From: a virus
Lineage: Duplodnaviria; Caudoviricetes
IMG/VR virus record: IMGVR_UViG_3300001847_000386
Location: 1 to 56,677 of that record
DNA length: 56,677 nt
Direction: 5' to 3' (one strand)
In this document: positions 35,516-45,740 of the stretch, in pieces
How positions within the stretch are numbered: the first letter of the stretch is position 1
How the letters are laid out: every line of letters begins with the position of its first letter
The notes under the pieces: generated by a model
What the model was told of the DNA's origin: nothing
Databases searched by the model: none
The model's input: the letters and a program-made list of their open reading frames with translations, nothing else
Position numbers and translations under genes: made by a program

Positions 35516-37459
35516 TTATTTTTTTAATCCGCTTAAAGATTTTGATAGTTTGTTTTTATTACTCTTTAAAGCAGTTTTTGTTTTATTTTTTAATGCAGTA
35601 GATCCCCTCTGATTATTGAGAAATCCAGATAAATTTAATCCATTTACTGAAAATCCATTATCAAATGTGGTTTTTTGAGATGCACCAATTGATGGAGCTG
35701 AAGATAAGAAATTAGCAGCTGATTGTATTAATTGTGAGTCTTTATCTATACCAATTTTTCTAGATAGTAATGATTTTACTTCATTTATTATGATATTATC
35801 ATCTGAAGCAAATGTAGGAGTTGTTTTAACTACTTCTACTTGACTACTATCTAATGCAACACCATATCTTCTTTTTCTTATTATACCTTCATCGGTTAAT
35901 TCCTCTGATAAAATACTTATTGTATAATCTCCTAAAGTTGTATCTGATTTTTTCTTTTTTTCATTGTAATTAGATAGGAATTGCTCAATTTTTTTATTAG
36001 TATCCTCTAATTTTTTTGTTGCTTTTTTTGTTTTCTCTGCTAAATTAGGATCTAAATTTTCACAATTTTCTAAATTTAGAATTACTAATCCAAATTTTTG
36101 TATTAGACTTTGTAATTTAAAAGAAATATCTTGTAATAAATTAACTATATTTCCAAGTATAGCACTAAACTCTTCTAATCTTTTTTTAAATGCGTCTAAT
36201 ACATCTTTAATACCGGCATATAAATCAGCAAAAAGTGTTGATATTCCTATAGTAGTCACCATATTTGGTATCGGTAAAGCATAAATAAATTTAAGAACTA
36301 TTTGGAATATATTAATTAAGGTTATTAATAATTCTATTATAGTTGCGGCTAAATTTACAAAATTTAATAAAATATCTATGATAGATTGTACTTTTTGACA
36401 AGCATCTACCATTTGTTTTACTACAGGCGCTATCTTTTTAGGATCTATTAATTTATTTAATTTAGCTATTTGTTGTGCAATTGCACCTCCAAGAAAAGAA
36501 TCTGCTAATGCAATCAAATCTGCAGGATTAGTTAATGATTGTATAGCTATACAAGTGTCTCTAGTCTTATCTATAAAAGAAATAACTCTTTGTAATTCTG
36601 CATCAGGAATATTTCTTAAATCTGTATAATTATTAAACATTCCCAAACAGTTTTCAAAAAGATTGTCCATTACAGAAGATGCTGGAAATGCTTTTTTAAA
36701 TTCAGGATTCTTTAATAAATTATCTGATGATGGACCTACTATTTGTCCTAAAGCATTAGTAAGCTGCGTAATTAGTGGTTGTAATGCAGTTTTACTTAGG
36801 GGTGTATCTGGTCCTCCATTACTTGTATAATATGCATCTATATAAGTTTGAATTTTATATGCAGAATATTGTATATTATATTTTATTTTTCCTAATGGAG
36901 TATTAGTTTCTGATTTATCTTTAGGATCAAATTTTTTAGCTCCAGGGATTTGGTTTAAAGCGTAATTAGCAATTGCGCATAAATCTACTGATGCTAATAA
37001 ATCTGCAACATTTACTAATCCATAGTCTAATGGATTTTGGTGTTTTGAATTAGCATCTGGTTGTTTTCCATAATATATTTTATTTATTGCATCTTGTGTT
37101 TTACTAATACTATCATTAATAGTTGTTGTAATTTTATTAAATCCTGATGAAGTATTAGATTGTAAATTTACTGGTGTTTCAGGATCTACTTCTATTTTAG
37201 GAACAGAAGAAAAGCTAGCACCAATATTAGATTGCGATGCTTTTTCAGCTACTGATTGAGCAGGACTTGGCATAGGAGGAGCTGGTTGTTCAGACATTGT
37301 GTCTACAGCTGAACCCTCAGATGGTCTAAGTTCGTATCTAGCATTTTCTAATAATGATTTTTCATCACTACCTGTATTATAATATACACGAGTACCATCT
37401 TTTAATACGTGTATTGTCTTAAATAGACCATTATTGCTTATATAATAACTTAATGCCAT
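35516..37459 (-). CDS. hypothetical virion protein with long amphipathic/hydrophobic helices
   Basis: 647 aa next to spike-like genes; hydrophobic stretch around aa 360-410. Confidence 0.65.
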   Translation of the reverse strand: MALSYYISNNGLFKTIHVLKDGTRVYYNTGSDEKSLLENARYELRPSEGSAVDTMSEQPAPPMPSPAQSVAEKASQSNIGASFSSVPKIEVDPETPVNLQSNTSSGFNKITTTINDSISKTQDAINKIYYGKQPDANSKHQNPLDYGLVNVADLLASVDLCAIANYALNQIPGAKKFDPKDKSETNTPLGKIKYNIQYSAYKIQTYIDAYYTSNGGPDTPLSKTALQPLITQLTNALGQIVGPSSDNLLKNPEFKKAFPASSVMDNLFENCLGMFNNYTDLRNIPDAELQRVISFIDKTRDTCIAIQSLTNPADLIALADSFLGGAIAQQIAKLNKLIDPKKIAPVVKQMVDACQKVQSIIDILLNFVNLAATIIELLITLINIFQIVLKFIYALPIPNMVTTIGISTLFADLYAGIKDVLDAFKKRLEEFSAILGNIVNLLQDISFKLQSLIQKFGLVILNLENCENLDPNLAEKTKKATKKLEDTNKKIEQFLSNYNEKKKKSDTTLGDYTISILSEELTDEGIIRKRRYGVALDSSQVEVVKTTPTFASDDNIIINEVKSLLSRKIGIDKDSQLIQSAANFLSSAPSIGASQKTTFDNGFSVNGLNLSGFLNNQRGSTALKNKTKTALKSNKNKLSKSLSGLKK

Positions 37460-37903
37460 CTATCTTGTATATGTATTTTTTGATAAAGGATTTTGTGGAT
37501 GATTCATATCTTTTAATATATTACTAAGAACATTACAAGCATTATATAATCTTAATCCACCTGATTGTATATTAATCCATGATTTAGCATCGCCAGTACT
37601 AGAAACAGTTTGTAACATATTACCTAAGAATTTTAGTTCTTTAACTAATAATTTTAATTGATCTATCATTTTATTTCCTAAAATAACAGGCTCTCCTAAA
37701 ATTTCTGCTTGATGCCCTAATTCTATTTTATCGCAATCTATTAATATCTTTTCTTTAGCATCTAAGTTAATAGTTTCAGTAGATGATAAAGCCACCATTC
37801 TTTTACCAAATAAAAAAATACCATCTGATTTTGAATTTAATAAAACTCTATTAGATGATAATATAATCTGATTGTCTTTATATGGAAAATCTGGTACTAA
37901 CAT
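37460..37903 (-). CDS. baseplate spike C-terminal-like protein
   Basis: Beta-strand repeats, then IELG..A..EPVILGN motif typical of spike/gp5-gp45 C-termini. Confidence 0.55.
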   Translation of the reverse strand: MLVPDFPYKDNQIILSSNRVLLNSKSDGIFLFGKRMVALSSTETINLDAKEKILIDCDKIELGHQAEILGEPVILGNKMIDQLKLLVKELKFLGNMLQTVSSTGDAKSWINIQSGGLRLYNACNVLSNILKDMNHPQNPLSKNTYTR

Positions 37904-37917
37904 TAGATATAAATTAT

Positions 37918-38796
37918 TTAAGCAAATGAATTATTATCTTGATTTGCTGGTGGTACAAAATCATTTATTATTGGTAATTGTTCTATTATAATAACCTGAT
38001 CTACTTGAGGATTGATAGAGTTTGTATTTCCATAAGATCTATTAGGAAAATTATTTAAATCAACCATAGTAATTTCTTGTCCAGAAGTTAAATAGATTGA
38101 AGATCCGTCTCTATTAATATTTTCAATAGTTGTTGGAGATTCAGATTCAACTTTATTTGGAATTTTTTGAGAATTAACAATCATTGTAATTGGCTTACCA
38201 TTAACACTATTATTTGACCAATTATTAACATCTTTTAAATCTGAAACTGTTGAACCAAATCTAATTGATTGACCAAATCTTCCTTGTATAATAGTGTCTC
38301 CTTCAAATGGTCTTAGTGTTTTTATATTATCATTCTCTTGGAATGTATATCCTTGAGGTATAGAAGTGGATTCTTGATTACTTTTAATATATTTAGCATA
38401 TTCTTCCATATTTGGAAAAACATTAGAATTAGGTGAGTTCCAAATACCAAAAGGAGGCATATACCATAAATCTTGTCTATCAGTTCCATCATTTAAATCT
38501 GATGATGGTCCTGGGAATATTAAAACGATCTCTCCAATTGTGGGGTATTGTCTTACAAATGAATGAATAGGGTATGCCGGTCTTGATGTTGAAGATGTAC
38601 CTTTTACTCCAGATTTATTACTGTAAAGAGTTTCAAAATATACAGCACCTAAATCTTTTTCATGGTTATAGTCAGGATTGGGTTGACCACTTTTTAGATT
38701 TGCACCTAATACAATTCTTTTAACTCTACCAATAATATAATAGTGTCCTGTAGATTTTCCATAAGAGCCTTCATATTTGTCAAAAAAGCCTGCCAT
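37918..38796 (-). CDS. baseplate hub/spike N-terminal (OB-fold-like) protein
   Basis: AYP...P.IGEIV and EGDTIIQGRFGQSIRFGS motifs. Confidence 0.6.
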   Translation of the reverse strand: MAGFFDKYEGSYGKSTGHYYIIGRVKRIVLGANLKSGQPNPDYNHEKDLGAVYFETLYSNKSGVKGTSSTSRPAYPIHSFVRQYPTIGEIVLIFPGPSSDLNDGTDRQDLWYMPPFGIWNSPNSNVFPNMEEYAKYIKSNQESTSIPQGYTFQENDNIKTLRPFEGDTIIQGRFGQSIRFGSTVSDLKDVNNWSNNSVNGKPITMIVNSQKIPNKVESESPTTIENINRDGSSIYLTSGQEITMVDLNNFPNRSYGNTNSINPQVDQVIIIEQLPIINDFVPPANQDNNSFA

Positions 38797-38798
38797 TA

Positions 38799-39155
38799 TT
38801 ATCCAATAAGTTTTTCTTGATCTTTAGTAATAACTGTATTAACATCACTAAATAATTGTGCTAAATCCTTTTCAGATAAAATACTAGAATCAGCATCACC
38901 ACCTTGACTTTTCTCAGCAGCTTTTTGGAACAATTGGAGTATTTTCATTAAAACCTCATCATTTTTTAGGCTAGAATCAAAAAATCCTTTTAGTAAAGGG
39001 ACAATAATAATTGCATCGCCAGGAGATGATATTAATTCAGATAGTCTTTCAATCTCTCCAGTTATCCTACTATCTTGGTTTTTTTGTTTATCATAAACCT
39101 CTTTAACAAGATCTGATATTTTTTTTCCTTTGAATATTTCCTTATCTAAATCCAT
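38799..39155 (-). CDS. hypothetical protein
   Basis: 118-aa helical ORF. Confidence 0.7.
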   Translation of the reverse strand: MDLDKEIFKGKKISDLVKEVYDKQKNQDSRITGEIERLSELISSPGDAIIIVPLLKGFFDSSLKNDEVLMKILQLFQKAAEKSQGGDADSSILSEKDLAQLFSDVNTVITKDQEKLIG

Positions 39156-39171
39156 TGTTTTTAAATAAATA

Positions 39172-39933
39172 TCAATTATCCATATTTTCTATATGGTGAG
39201 ATAGCATCTTCTTATAGATAGTCTTGAGCTTTTTAATAACTTTGGTTATTGTAGCTGATTGTACATCTGCAATTTCTTTAACATAGATAAAAATTGCTTT
39301 CTTATTAAATATATCAATATTGTCTCTTTTTCTGAAGATTTCTAATATAGCATCAGCTGTTTTAATGTCTTCAGGTTTATCAAATAATTCTAATAAGTTA
39401 TTGTCAATTTCTTTTATAAATGCATCCACAATATCATATCTATCATACTCTTCTGGTTCTGGTTGTTCTATAAGTTTATCAATAGTTTTTTCATCATTAT
39501 GAATCTCGCTAAAGTCTGTTTTTGATAAAACTCTTTTATAATTTTTTTGGTTGTAAAGAATTAAATACCTTTTAACTATAGTTCCAAAATAAGAATAAGC
39601 CTTACCTTTTGATTGATCGTATAAATCTATTTTCTGTAAAAGAAAAGAAATCACTTCATACTTTAAATCTTCTATATTATCAACATCAGTATAGTAGAAT
39701 TTAAATGTGTGAATAATATTCTCAGCTAATTTATAAAACGCATTATGAATTTTCTCATTATATAATCGATTTCTTTCAGAAAATGTTGTAGCATTTCTAT
39801 ATTGTAAAATAGCATCTTCAGTTTCCTCTGTGAAATAAACATTTTTTGTTTTTGGCTTTCTTTTTCTAGGAGATCCTTTTTTAGTTAGCGCAACTTCTTG
39901 AGTAGTTTCAATTTCTATTATATTATTCTCCAT
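39172..39933 (-). CDS. phage sigma factor (gp55-like, probably late)
   Basis: YF...E.AI..Y, KLAENII, DL..E...LL.K..YD..KGKAYSYFGTIVKRYLI (sigma region 2). Confidence 0.7.
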   Translation of the reverse strand: MENNIIEIETTQEVALTKKGSPRKRKPKTKNVYFTEETEDAILQYRNATTFSERNRLYNEKIHNAFYKLAENIIHTFKFYYTDVDNIEDLKYEVISFLLQKIDLYDQSKGKAYSYFGTIVKRYLILYNQKNYKRVLSKTDFSEIHNDEKTIDKLIEQPEPEEYDRYDIVDAFIKEIDNNLLELFDKPEDIKTADAILEIFRKRDNIDIFNKKAIFIYVKEIADVQSATITKVIKKLKTIYKKMLSHHIENMDN

Positions 39934-40195
39934 CTATAAAGTCTTGAATTTGTGATTGGATTTGTTTTACAGAATCAAATAATGCAAGTAATTCTGGATC
40001 TGATTGAACCCAAATGGTAGAATCTATTTTTTCAACAGTTTTATCCATATCTTTCATTGTGGAAAGTAGCAAACTTATAAAATTTGATTGCCTAATTATA
40101 CTTTTTTCTAATTTTATATTTTTACTATATAAATTGTATATTACCCACCCTATTATTGTTGCTGGCCATAATATAACCATGATTGTTGTTAACAT
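39923..40195 (-). CDS. hypothetical membrane protein
   Basis: N-terminal TM helix followed by coiled coil. Confidence 0.7.
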   Translation of the reverse strand: MLTTIMVILWPATIIGWVIYNLYSKNIKLEKSIIRQSNFISLLLSTMKDMDKTVEKIDSTIWVQSDPELLALFDSVKQIQSQIQDFIDGE

Positions 40196-40198
40196 ATA

Positions 40199-40834
40199 TT
40201 ATTTATTTTGGTTTTCAATTTTTGAAGCTGCTAAATCTGCTTGATGTACTATATATGGTAGATTTGTTTTTAATTCTGTGTCAGGTGAATATGTTACATA
40301 GTACGATTTGTTTGATTCTTCATACAATCCATCATGCAATTTAATTGTTAAAAATTCATTTTCTGAGATAGAAATACCTGCTTTTTGTAAATCAAAAAGA
40401 CTTCTATCAGAAATTCTCATATGAGACATTTTAGTATTATACTTATAATGAGCTCCTTGATTTTTAATATGCCATTCTGAATCATTAGGAATATAAAATG
40501 GTTCATCATTTGTACCTAATTTACCTAGATCATGATTGAGACAAGAAAATACAAGCTCTTCTAAAGTATAATTCTTTTTCTGATTAAATTTATCCCAAAC
40601 CCTATCAATAACTAAAGCCATTTCAGTAACTCTAAGAACATGATCTAAATAACCACCTGGGAAACAATTATGGTGCGCTTCTTTTGTTGAGGCCGGTGAA
40701 GTTGCAAGCGTCTCCTCTATTGATTTGTAGAATTTTAATAGATCATCTTTACGCGTGCCAGTAATATATTTTTCAATATACTCGTAGAATTTACTCACAT
40801 TACCAGCAATCTCATCAATTGTTAATTTTTTCAT
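40199..40834 (-). CDS. HD-domain hydrolase (YhaM-like)
   Basis: PAS...HH..PGG.LDH, HDLGK, LHDG and HQAD motifs. Confidence 0.85.
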   Translation of the reverse strand: MKKLTIDEIAGNVSKFYEYIEKYITGTRKDDLLKFYKSIEETLATSPASTKEAHHNCFPGGYLDHVLRVTEMALVIDRVWDKFNQKKNYTLEELVFSCLNHDLGKLGTNDEPFYIPNDSEWHIKNQGAHYKYNTKMSHMRISDRSLFDLQKAGISISENEFLTIKLHDGLYEESNKSYYVTYSPDTELKTNLPYIVHQADLAASKIENQNK

Positions 40835-40843
40835 AATTTATTT

Positions 40844-41170
40844 TTAAAATATTATTTTTTTAATAATTTCTATTATTGCACTCATATTTGTAGCATAATA
40901 AATTTCATAGTCATCAACAATTTTAGGATTTCCTTCAAGGAAACTAATATTATTTGTTGGAGATATTATTATTTTATTATCAATAATAATTTTTGGACTA
41001 ATTTTATTTTTTGATATAGATTCAAATTTATCAAATATGTGATCATTATTAGTATTATCTATTGAACTTTCGTATTCTATATATTTTTTATTATTAGAAT
41101 TTAAAAAGTCTTTTAATTCTAAACATGAATTACATCCTTTAATTGTTAAAATTTCAATTTTTTTATTCAT
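40844..41170 (-). CDS. glutaredoxin/thioredoxin-like protein
   Basis: GCNSC (CxxC) near the N-terminus and cis-Pro segment ISPKIII. Confidence 0.75.
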   Translation of the reverse strand: MNKKIEILTIKGCNSCLELKDFLNSNNKKYIEYESSIDNTNNDHIFDKFESISKNKISPKIIIDNKIIISPTNNISFLEGNPKIVDDYEIYYATNMSAIIEIIKKIIF

Positions 41171-41175
41171 AAGTT

Positions 41176-41328
41176 TTAATTTTCTTTTTCAAAATCCGGA
41201 TCGACTTTACTTAATATATTATACCAAAAATCTTTTTCTTCTTCACTCATTTTTTCAATCATTAATCCTAAATAATCATATATTGCATTCAATTCTTCTT
41301 CTGTTGCAACAATTTTATTTTCTTCCAT
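41176..41328 (-). CDS. small acidic hypothetical protein (50 aa); not in ORF track
   Basis: MEENKIVATEEELNAIYDYLGLMIEKMSEEEKDFWYNILSKVDPDFEKEN*, preceded by TATATTTG (Bacteroidota -7 consensus) on the - strand. Confidence 0.6.
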   Translation of the reverse strand: MEENKIVATEEELNAIYDYLGLMIEKMSEEEKDFWYNILSKVDPDFEKEN

Positions 41329-41409
41329 ATTACAAATATAATAAAAATTTTTAACAGGGTATCTGTTAATCTTTTAAGTGTTTGATTTTATTTTTCCTAA
41401 TCTAATTAT

Positions 41410-41581
41410 TACTGTAGCCCTGTCGGAATTTTCTTACCGTTGGATTGAACCAATATTCAACAGTTTTTTTTAAATTATTATGTTTATATACCTGAAGCAT
41501 TGTTGCCTTGATCTTAGCTCCTGGTAGTAAAGTTATTCTTTAATCTAAGACGCGCTCATGGAATCACACCAAGCTACGGTA
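41410..41581 (-). ncRNA. Putative structured RNA in divergent intergenic region
   Basis: Terminal stem TACTGTAGC(41410)/GCTACGGTA(41581); internal TCTTAG/CTAAGA and TAAAG/CTTTA stems. Confidence 0.4.
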
Positions 41582-41715
41582 TAGAGCTTAAAGCTTTACA
41601 TTATACTACTAATATACAAAAAAGTTTCATAATAAAAAAATCTTTTTTAAAGTATTTTAAATTACACATTAAAAATAAATTTTTATAAGTCAAAATATAT
41701 TAGTATGTTTATATT

Positions 41716-42651
41716 ATGGATAATAGCAAATATATACTTGGATTATTAGAATCTGTATTAGGAACTGGTAAAGCAGATAAGAATGGCAAAGATTACTCAT
41801 TCCATTGCCCTATTTGTAAACATAAGAATCCTAAGCTTATTATTAATGTGGTATCTGGTCAATATAATTGTTGGACGTGTCACCCACCTACAAAGGGTAA
41901 AACCCCAGTAACATTATTAAAAAAACTAGGAGTTAGCACAGATAAGATATTAGAAATGAAAAAATATTTCAAATCTGATAAAACATCTATTGAAAATCAT
42001 AAACCAACAACAGTAACACTACCAGAAGAGTTTATATCATTAAATATCACACCAAAAAAGAATCAGTTAGAATTCAGACATGCTATGGCATATCTTAAAA
42101 AAAGAAATATAACTGATTGTGATATAAAAAAATATAATATAGGATATTGTGCATCAGGCAGATTTAAAAATAGAATAATAATTCCATCATATGATAAAAA
42201 TGGAAGTATAAATTATTTTATTGCAAGATCTTTTGAGAAAGAGGCTAGCTTAAAATACGATGCACCTAGTGTTTCTAAAACAGATATTATAGGATTTGAA
42301 TATTTTATTAATTGGAAGATTCCAGTTGTTCTTTGTGAAGGATCATTTGATGCCATAGCCATAAAAAGAAACGCAATTCCTCTATTTGGTAAGACAATTC
42401 CAAAAGCTCTAATGATGAAATTAGTAGAATCTGAAGTAAAAACTGTTTATTTAGCTCTAGATAAAGATGCTATTAAAGAATCTATGACTTATGCAGAGAA
42501 TTTGATTAATATGGGTAAAGAAGTCTATTTAGTGGAGTTAGAAGGAAAAGATCCTTCTGATTTGGGATTTGAGAATATAACAAAATTATTACATAAAGCA
42601 ACACAATTAACTTTCACCGATCTTTTGATCAAAAAAATGCAACTAGTATGA
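41716..42651 (+). CDS. DNA primase (Zn ribbon + Toprim)
   Basis: CPIC...CWTC; RIIIP; CEG.FDA; ALDKDA; KDPSD. Confidence 0.92.
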   Translation: MDNSKYILGLLESVLGTGKADKNGKDYSFHCPICKHKNPKLIINVVSGQYNCWTCHPPTKGKTPVTLLKKLGVSTDKILEMKKYFKSDKTSIENHKPTTVTLPEEFISLNITPKKNQLEFRHAMAYLKKRNITDCDIKKYNIGYCASGRFKNRIIIPSYDKNGSINYFIARSFEKEASLKYDAPSVSKTDIIGFEYFINWKIPVVLCEGSFDAIAIKRNAIPLFGKTIPKALMMKLVESEVKTVYLALDKDAIKESMTYAENLINMGKEVYLVELEGKDPSDLGFENITKLLHKATQLTFTDLLIKKMQLV

Positions 42652-43439
42652 TAGAAAAAACAAACAATATCTACAATAATAAATCTCTTAAAAGAGTAGT
42701 AGAAACAGACCCAGAATTAAGACAGATCACTTTACACGATTCTAGATATTATCAGAGATCTCCAGGAGTATTTTATCCTTCAGTAACAACTATCTTATCT
42801 TATTTTCCCAAAGGAGCTTTCTTTGAAACTTGGTTAAAAGACACAGGGCATAATGCAGATTATATTATGAGAAGAGCCGGTGATGAAGGCACACAAGTTC
42901 ATGAAGCAGTAGAGAAAATATTAAAAGGGGAAGAGATTAGGTGGATTGAGTCAGATGGTAGAGTCAATTATAATACGCATGTTTGGAAAATGATTCTAGG
43001 TTTTTATGAATTTTGGTCTACTTATAAACCCACTTTAATTTTATCTGAGGAATTTATGTTTTCTGATGAGTATAAATACTCTGGAACTCTAGATCTACTT
43101 ATTGAATTAAATGGTCAAAAATGGTTAATAGATATAAAAACATCTACTGCTGTCCATACTAGTTATTTTTTACAAATGGCGGCCTATTCTAATGCGTATA
43201 CAGAACGTTTTGGTGAAAAGATAGACAAATCAGCAGTTTTGTGGTTAAAGTCCAGTAAACGCGGTCCAGACAAGTATGGTAAAAGGATTCAGGGCTCTGG
43301 CTGGGAACTAAAAGAGGGTGATAAGACTCAAGAGGAGTATTTCAATATGTTTTTACACACATATAACACATATAAAATAATGCATCCTGAAGAGGAAATT
43401 GAGTTAACAACCCTCCCAAATACTATAAAATTAGTTTAA
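42648..43439 (+). CDS. PD-(D/E)XK exonuclease
   Basis: PSVTTIL, GT.VH, E..YSGT.D, IDIKTS and Q.AAY motifs. Confidence 0.88.
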   Translation: MIEKTNNIYNNKSLKRVVETDPELRQITLHDSRYYQRSPGVFYPSVTTILSYFPKGAFFETWLKDTGHNADYIMRRAGDEGTQVHEAVEKILKGEEIRWIESDGRVNYNTHVWKMILGFYEFWSTYKPTLILSEEFMFSDEYKYSGTLDLLIELNGQKWLIDIKTSTAVHTSYFLQMAAYSNAYTERFGEKIDKSAVLWLKSSKRGPDKYGKRIQGSGWELKEGDKTQEEYFNMFLHTYNTYKIMHPEEEIELTTLPNTIKLV

Positions 43440-43460
43440 TAATACTAATATTTATAAGAT

Positions 43461-44261
43461 ATGATTAAACTGTCTAAACTTTTATTGGAAGTAACATCAA
43501 GTCCAATAGCCATATTCTTAGCGGGATCGGCAGGAGCTGGGAAATCAACATTTAGAACCGAGTTTTTAGATCCTGTAGCAGATTTTACTGTATTAAATGT
43601 AGATGATGAATATGAACCACTACTTCAAAAAGCCGGTTTACCATTAGATTTTAGAAAATTTCAAGGTCCTGAGGATTTATCTGCGGCAGGAAGTGCAATG
43701 GCCCAGGCTCAAAAGATACATAGATCAAAATATGAGAAATCAAAAGTAGATATGTCTCATATTATTATAGACGGAACTGGTGGATCTTCTAGAGAAATAT
43801 TAAAAAAGAAAAAAGAACTAGAAGAGTTAGGATATAAAACTGCAATGGTGCTAATATTTGTACCACCAGATATATCTCTTAGTAGAAATATCAAAAGAGG
43901 TGATGAGGGTGGTAGAACTCTTATGCCGTCTATTATATTGAGAAGTTGGTCTAATATGTTTAGTAATATAGATTTGTATAAAAAAGAATTTGGAGATAGT
44001 TTTATATTATATAAAGCATATGATGAAAAAGATGTGGTATTTCCTAAATTTGATCCAACAGATCCTGAAGTAAGAAAACAATTTTTTGATCCATTCAAGG
44101 TAAAAGGTAAAGAAAAATCTCCTGAAGAGATGGCAAAAGGACTTCAAAAATTTAAAGATTTAAATAATCAAATAGCTATACAAATTAGCAAAATAAATGA
44201 TTTACATTTTGATGATCCGACTGAAATAAAAACAAAAATAAATAGATTGGTAAATGCGTGA
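43461..44261 (+). CDS. zeta-toxin-like P-loop kinase with leader
   Basis: GSAGAGKS, N.DD, IIDGTG and S..RN..R...GGR motifs; MIKLSKLLLE leader. Confidence 0.8.
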   Translation: MIKLSKLLLEVTSSPIAIFLAGSAGAGKSTFRTEFLDPVADFTVLNVDDEYEPLLQKAGLPLDFRKFQGPEDLSAAGSAMAQAQKIHRSKYEKSKVDMSHIIIDGTGGSSREILKKKKELEELGYKTAMVLIFVPPDISLSRNIKRGDEGGRTLMPSIILRSWSNMFSNIDLYKKEFGDSFILYKAYDEKDVVFPKFDPTDPEVRKQFFDPFKVKGKEKSPEEMAKGLQKFKDLNNQIAIQISKINDLHFDDPTEIKTKINRLVNA

Positions 44262-44844
44262 TTATAGTCAAATAGGTAAAATTATAATGCAGCAAATACT
44301 ATATGAAGTAGATGCTAATACAGGCCCATGTTTTTATCCTGGTAAATTTAAACCTCCACATAAAGGACATTTTGAGGCAGCAAAATATTTAGCTAGTCAA
44401 ACCTATGTAAATAAAGTTTATGTTATTATAAGTAATGTAACAAAATTTGGTATAACTCCTGATGATAGTGTGCTTATTTGGAATGATTATTTAGAAGCAG
44501 AACCAAATTCAAAAATTGTTATACAAAAATCAACTGAATCAACTCCTATAAAAGATATTTTTAGATACGCATCTCAAAATCCAGACTTAAAAAGTATATA
44601 TGTGGGTGCAGCAAAAGAAGAGTCTGATGAATTAGGATATTTTGATAAATTAAAAGAGAAATTTCCTGGGGTTATTAAACCAATTGAAATACCAGATCAA
44701 TTTGGTAGAATTTCAGCAACACAAATGAGGCAGGCAATAAAAGATGGAAACTTTGATGAATTTTCCAAGTTTGTTCCTGTTGCAGCATATAATAAAGGAA
44801 TAACAAAAGATGTTTTCGGATTGTTAACAAAGATTATAAAATAA
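44254..44844 (+). CDS. HIGH-family nucleotidyltransferase (cytidylyl/NadD-like)
   Basis: PGKFKPPHKGH and ISATQMR motifs. Confidence 0.82.
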   Translation: MRDYSQIGKIIMQQILYEVDANTGPCFYPGKFKPPHKGHFEAAKYLASQTYVNKVYVIISNVTKFGITPDDSVLIWNDYLEAEPNSKIVIQKSTESTPIKDIFRYASQNPDLKSIYVGAAKEESDELGYFDKLKEKFPGVIKPIEIPDQFGRISATQMRQAIKDGNFDEFSKFVPVAAYNKGITKDVFGLLTKIIK

Positions 44845-44846
44845 AA

Positions 44847-45740
44847 ATGACAATAGAACAAAAAATAGGTATTGTAAAAGATTTTATAAAATTTTGTGAA
44901 TACAGTTTACAGATTGAAAATCTACCTAAAATTGAATTTACAAAAGATAAAGACTGGGTATTAAGTATACACAGTTTTGGTCAATATAAAAATGACTCTA
45001 AAAGTTTAAAAGTCTATATAGGAAATAGAAATCTTGCTGATACATTAAGAACATTATCACACGAATTAGTTCACCATAGACAAAATGAGTTAGGCCTATT
45101 ACATCCAGATTCAGGAAAAGCTGGATCTGATATTGAGAATCAAGCAAATTCAATATCTGGAGTAATTATGAGAAATTATGGTAAAAAAAATGAATTGATA
45201 TATGAATCAAAACTTCATAAAATACTAAATGAAGTAATATCAAATACATATACCATTTATTCTGATATGGATGGAGTTTTAACTGATTTTGATGGTCAAT
45301 TTGAACATTATTATGGTATGACTCCTAGAGAATATACAAATGAGAAAGGTCCAGTAATATTTAAAAAAGCTGTTGATGATATTGGAGTGACTTTTTGGTC
45401 AAAAATGCCACTTTTCCCTGGAGCTTTAGATCTATGGTCTTATATATCTCAATACAATCCTATTATTTTATCAAGTCCTAGTAGTTTTAAATACGCTGAA
45501 AAAGGTAAATTAATCTGGATAAAAGAAAACTTAAGACCAGGTCCTAGCAATATTATTTTTAAACAAACAGGACATAAAGAAGATGCTATAAGTAATTTAC
45601 CAGAGTCTGAAATTAAAAAATCTATATTAATAGATGATTATTACAGAAATATAATGCCTTGGAAAGCGATTGGTGCAATTGGAATTGTACATAAAAGTGC
45701 TGAAAATACTATAAATATTTTACAAAAATTTAGATTATGA
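44847..45740 (+). CDS. HExxH zincin-like domain fused to HAD 5'(3')-nucleotidase-like domain
   Basis: SHELVHH...E in the N-half; DMDGVL, LSS, K and LIDD in the C-half; linker SKLHKILNE. Confidence 0.8.
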   Translation: MTIEQKIGIVKDFIKFCEYSLQIENLPKIEFTKDKDWVLSIHSFGQYKNDSKSLKVYIGNRNLADTLRTLSHELVHHRQNELGLLHPDSGKAGSDIENQANSISGVIMRNYGKKNELIYESKLHKILNEVISNTYTIYSDMDGVLTDFDGQFEHYYGMTPREYTNEKGPVIFKKAVDDIGVTFWSKMPLFPGALDLWSYISQYNPIILSSPSSFKYAEKGKLIWIKENLRPGPSNIIFKQTGHKEDAISNLPESEIKKSILIDDYYRNIMPWKAIGAIGIVHKSAENTINILQKFRL

